DNA of 62,541 nucleotides, counting the filler, from an uncultured Rhodopirellula sp. (lineage in GTDB: Bacteria > Planctomycetota > Planctomycetia > Pirellulales > Pirellulaceae): assembly GCA_964007735.1 (NCBI GenBank). It is 8 parts of 8 records of this genome, joined end to end, with 100 filler letters (N's around TTAATTAATTAA, not from the genome) between each part and the next. Parts side by side here need not be neighbours in the genome. Positions count along the whole stretch, not along the records: positions 56,209 to 62,541 come from CAXGAI010000103.1; 7 more parts are not named here. The stretch is one strand, 5' to 3'. The notes below the pieces were generated by a model. That model saw only the letters and a program-made list of their open reading frames with translations. It searched no databases and was not told the origin of the DNA. This document shows, piece after piece, positions 62,394 to 62,541 of the stretch. Both the position numbers and the translations under genes were made by a program. Every line of letters starts with the position of its first letter. The first letter of the stretch is position 1.

Positions 62394-62541
62394 TTGTCCA
62401 CCCCCACTGTTGCAGCGACGATTGCTTCGGCACCATCGGCAAGAGTACCCACAGTCGTGACTTCCAGAGAGCTCTGCTCCAGCACTTCCCGCCCTTCTTC
62501 GTGGTTTGTTCCTGAGAATCTAACAACGAGTGGAACAGAAA
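62390..62541 (-). CDS. sucC: Succinate--CoA ligase beta subunit, 3' end
   Basis: Hand translation [25 protein letters not shown]...[21 protein letters not shown] overlap with the sucD start. Confidence 0.88.
   Translation of the reverse strand, partial: SVPLVVRFSGTNHEEGREVLEQSSLEVTTVGTLADGAEAIVAATVGVDN

Noticed and set aside
119..62460. Numerous short antisense or overlapping ORFs in the six-frame track
   Set aside because: Shadow frames of well-supported genes with no motifs of their own

Overview
This window is not one locus. It is eight short contigs (about 9.0, 8.9, 8.9, 8.4, 7.2, 6.7, 6.5 and >=6.3 kb, in descending length) joined by artificial 100-nt linkers (44 N + TTAATTAATTAA + 44 N), as in a concatenated SAG/MAG. 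Most content is Planctomycetota-like (DUF1501, DUF1549/1553, Planctomycete ECF sigma factors and Ser/Thr kinases, Planc_extracel surface protein). Contigs 3 and 5 look more Verrucomicrobiota-like, and several contig ends look chimeric, most clearly an in-frame beta-helix-protein::carB junction. Ordinary content: tRNA-Cys, the 3' half of tmRNA, nagA-pfp-HAD-gnd, sucCD, a wecE glycosylation cluster, sulfatase, GH16, serine hydrolases and a K+ channel. Highlights: (1) an FHA-domain::ECF sigma fusion divergent from a membrane Ser/Thr kinase carrying three T-(L/I)-P-P repeats, upstream of a giant modular surface protein; (2) a dispersed ~200-bp palindrome-containing repeat family preceding unrelated accessory ORFs on two contigs, giving cassette-like arrays; (3) cadherin-like repeats that each carry a passenger domain in the same loop; (4) a WecE + ATP-grasp + GT2 + GT-C-like module. 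All family assignments are from motif recognition by eye; no searches were run.
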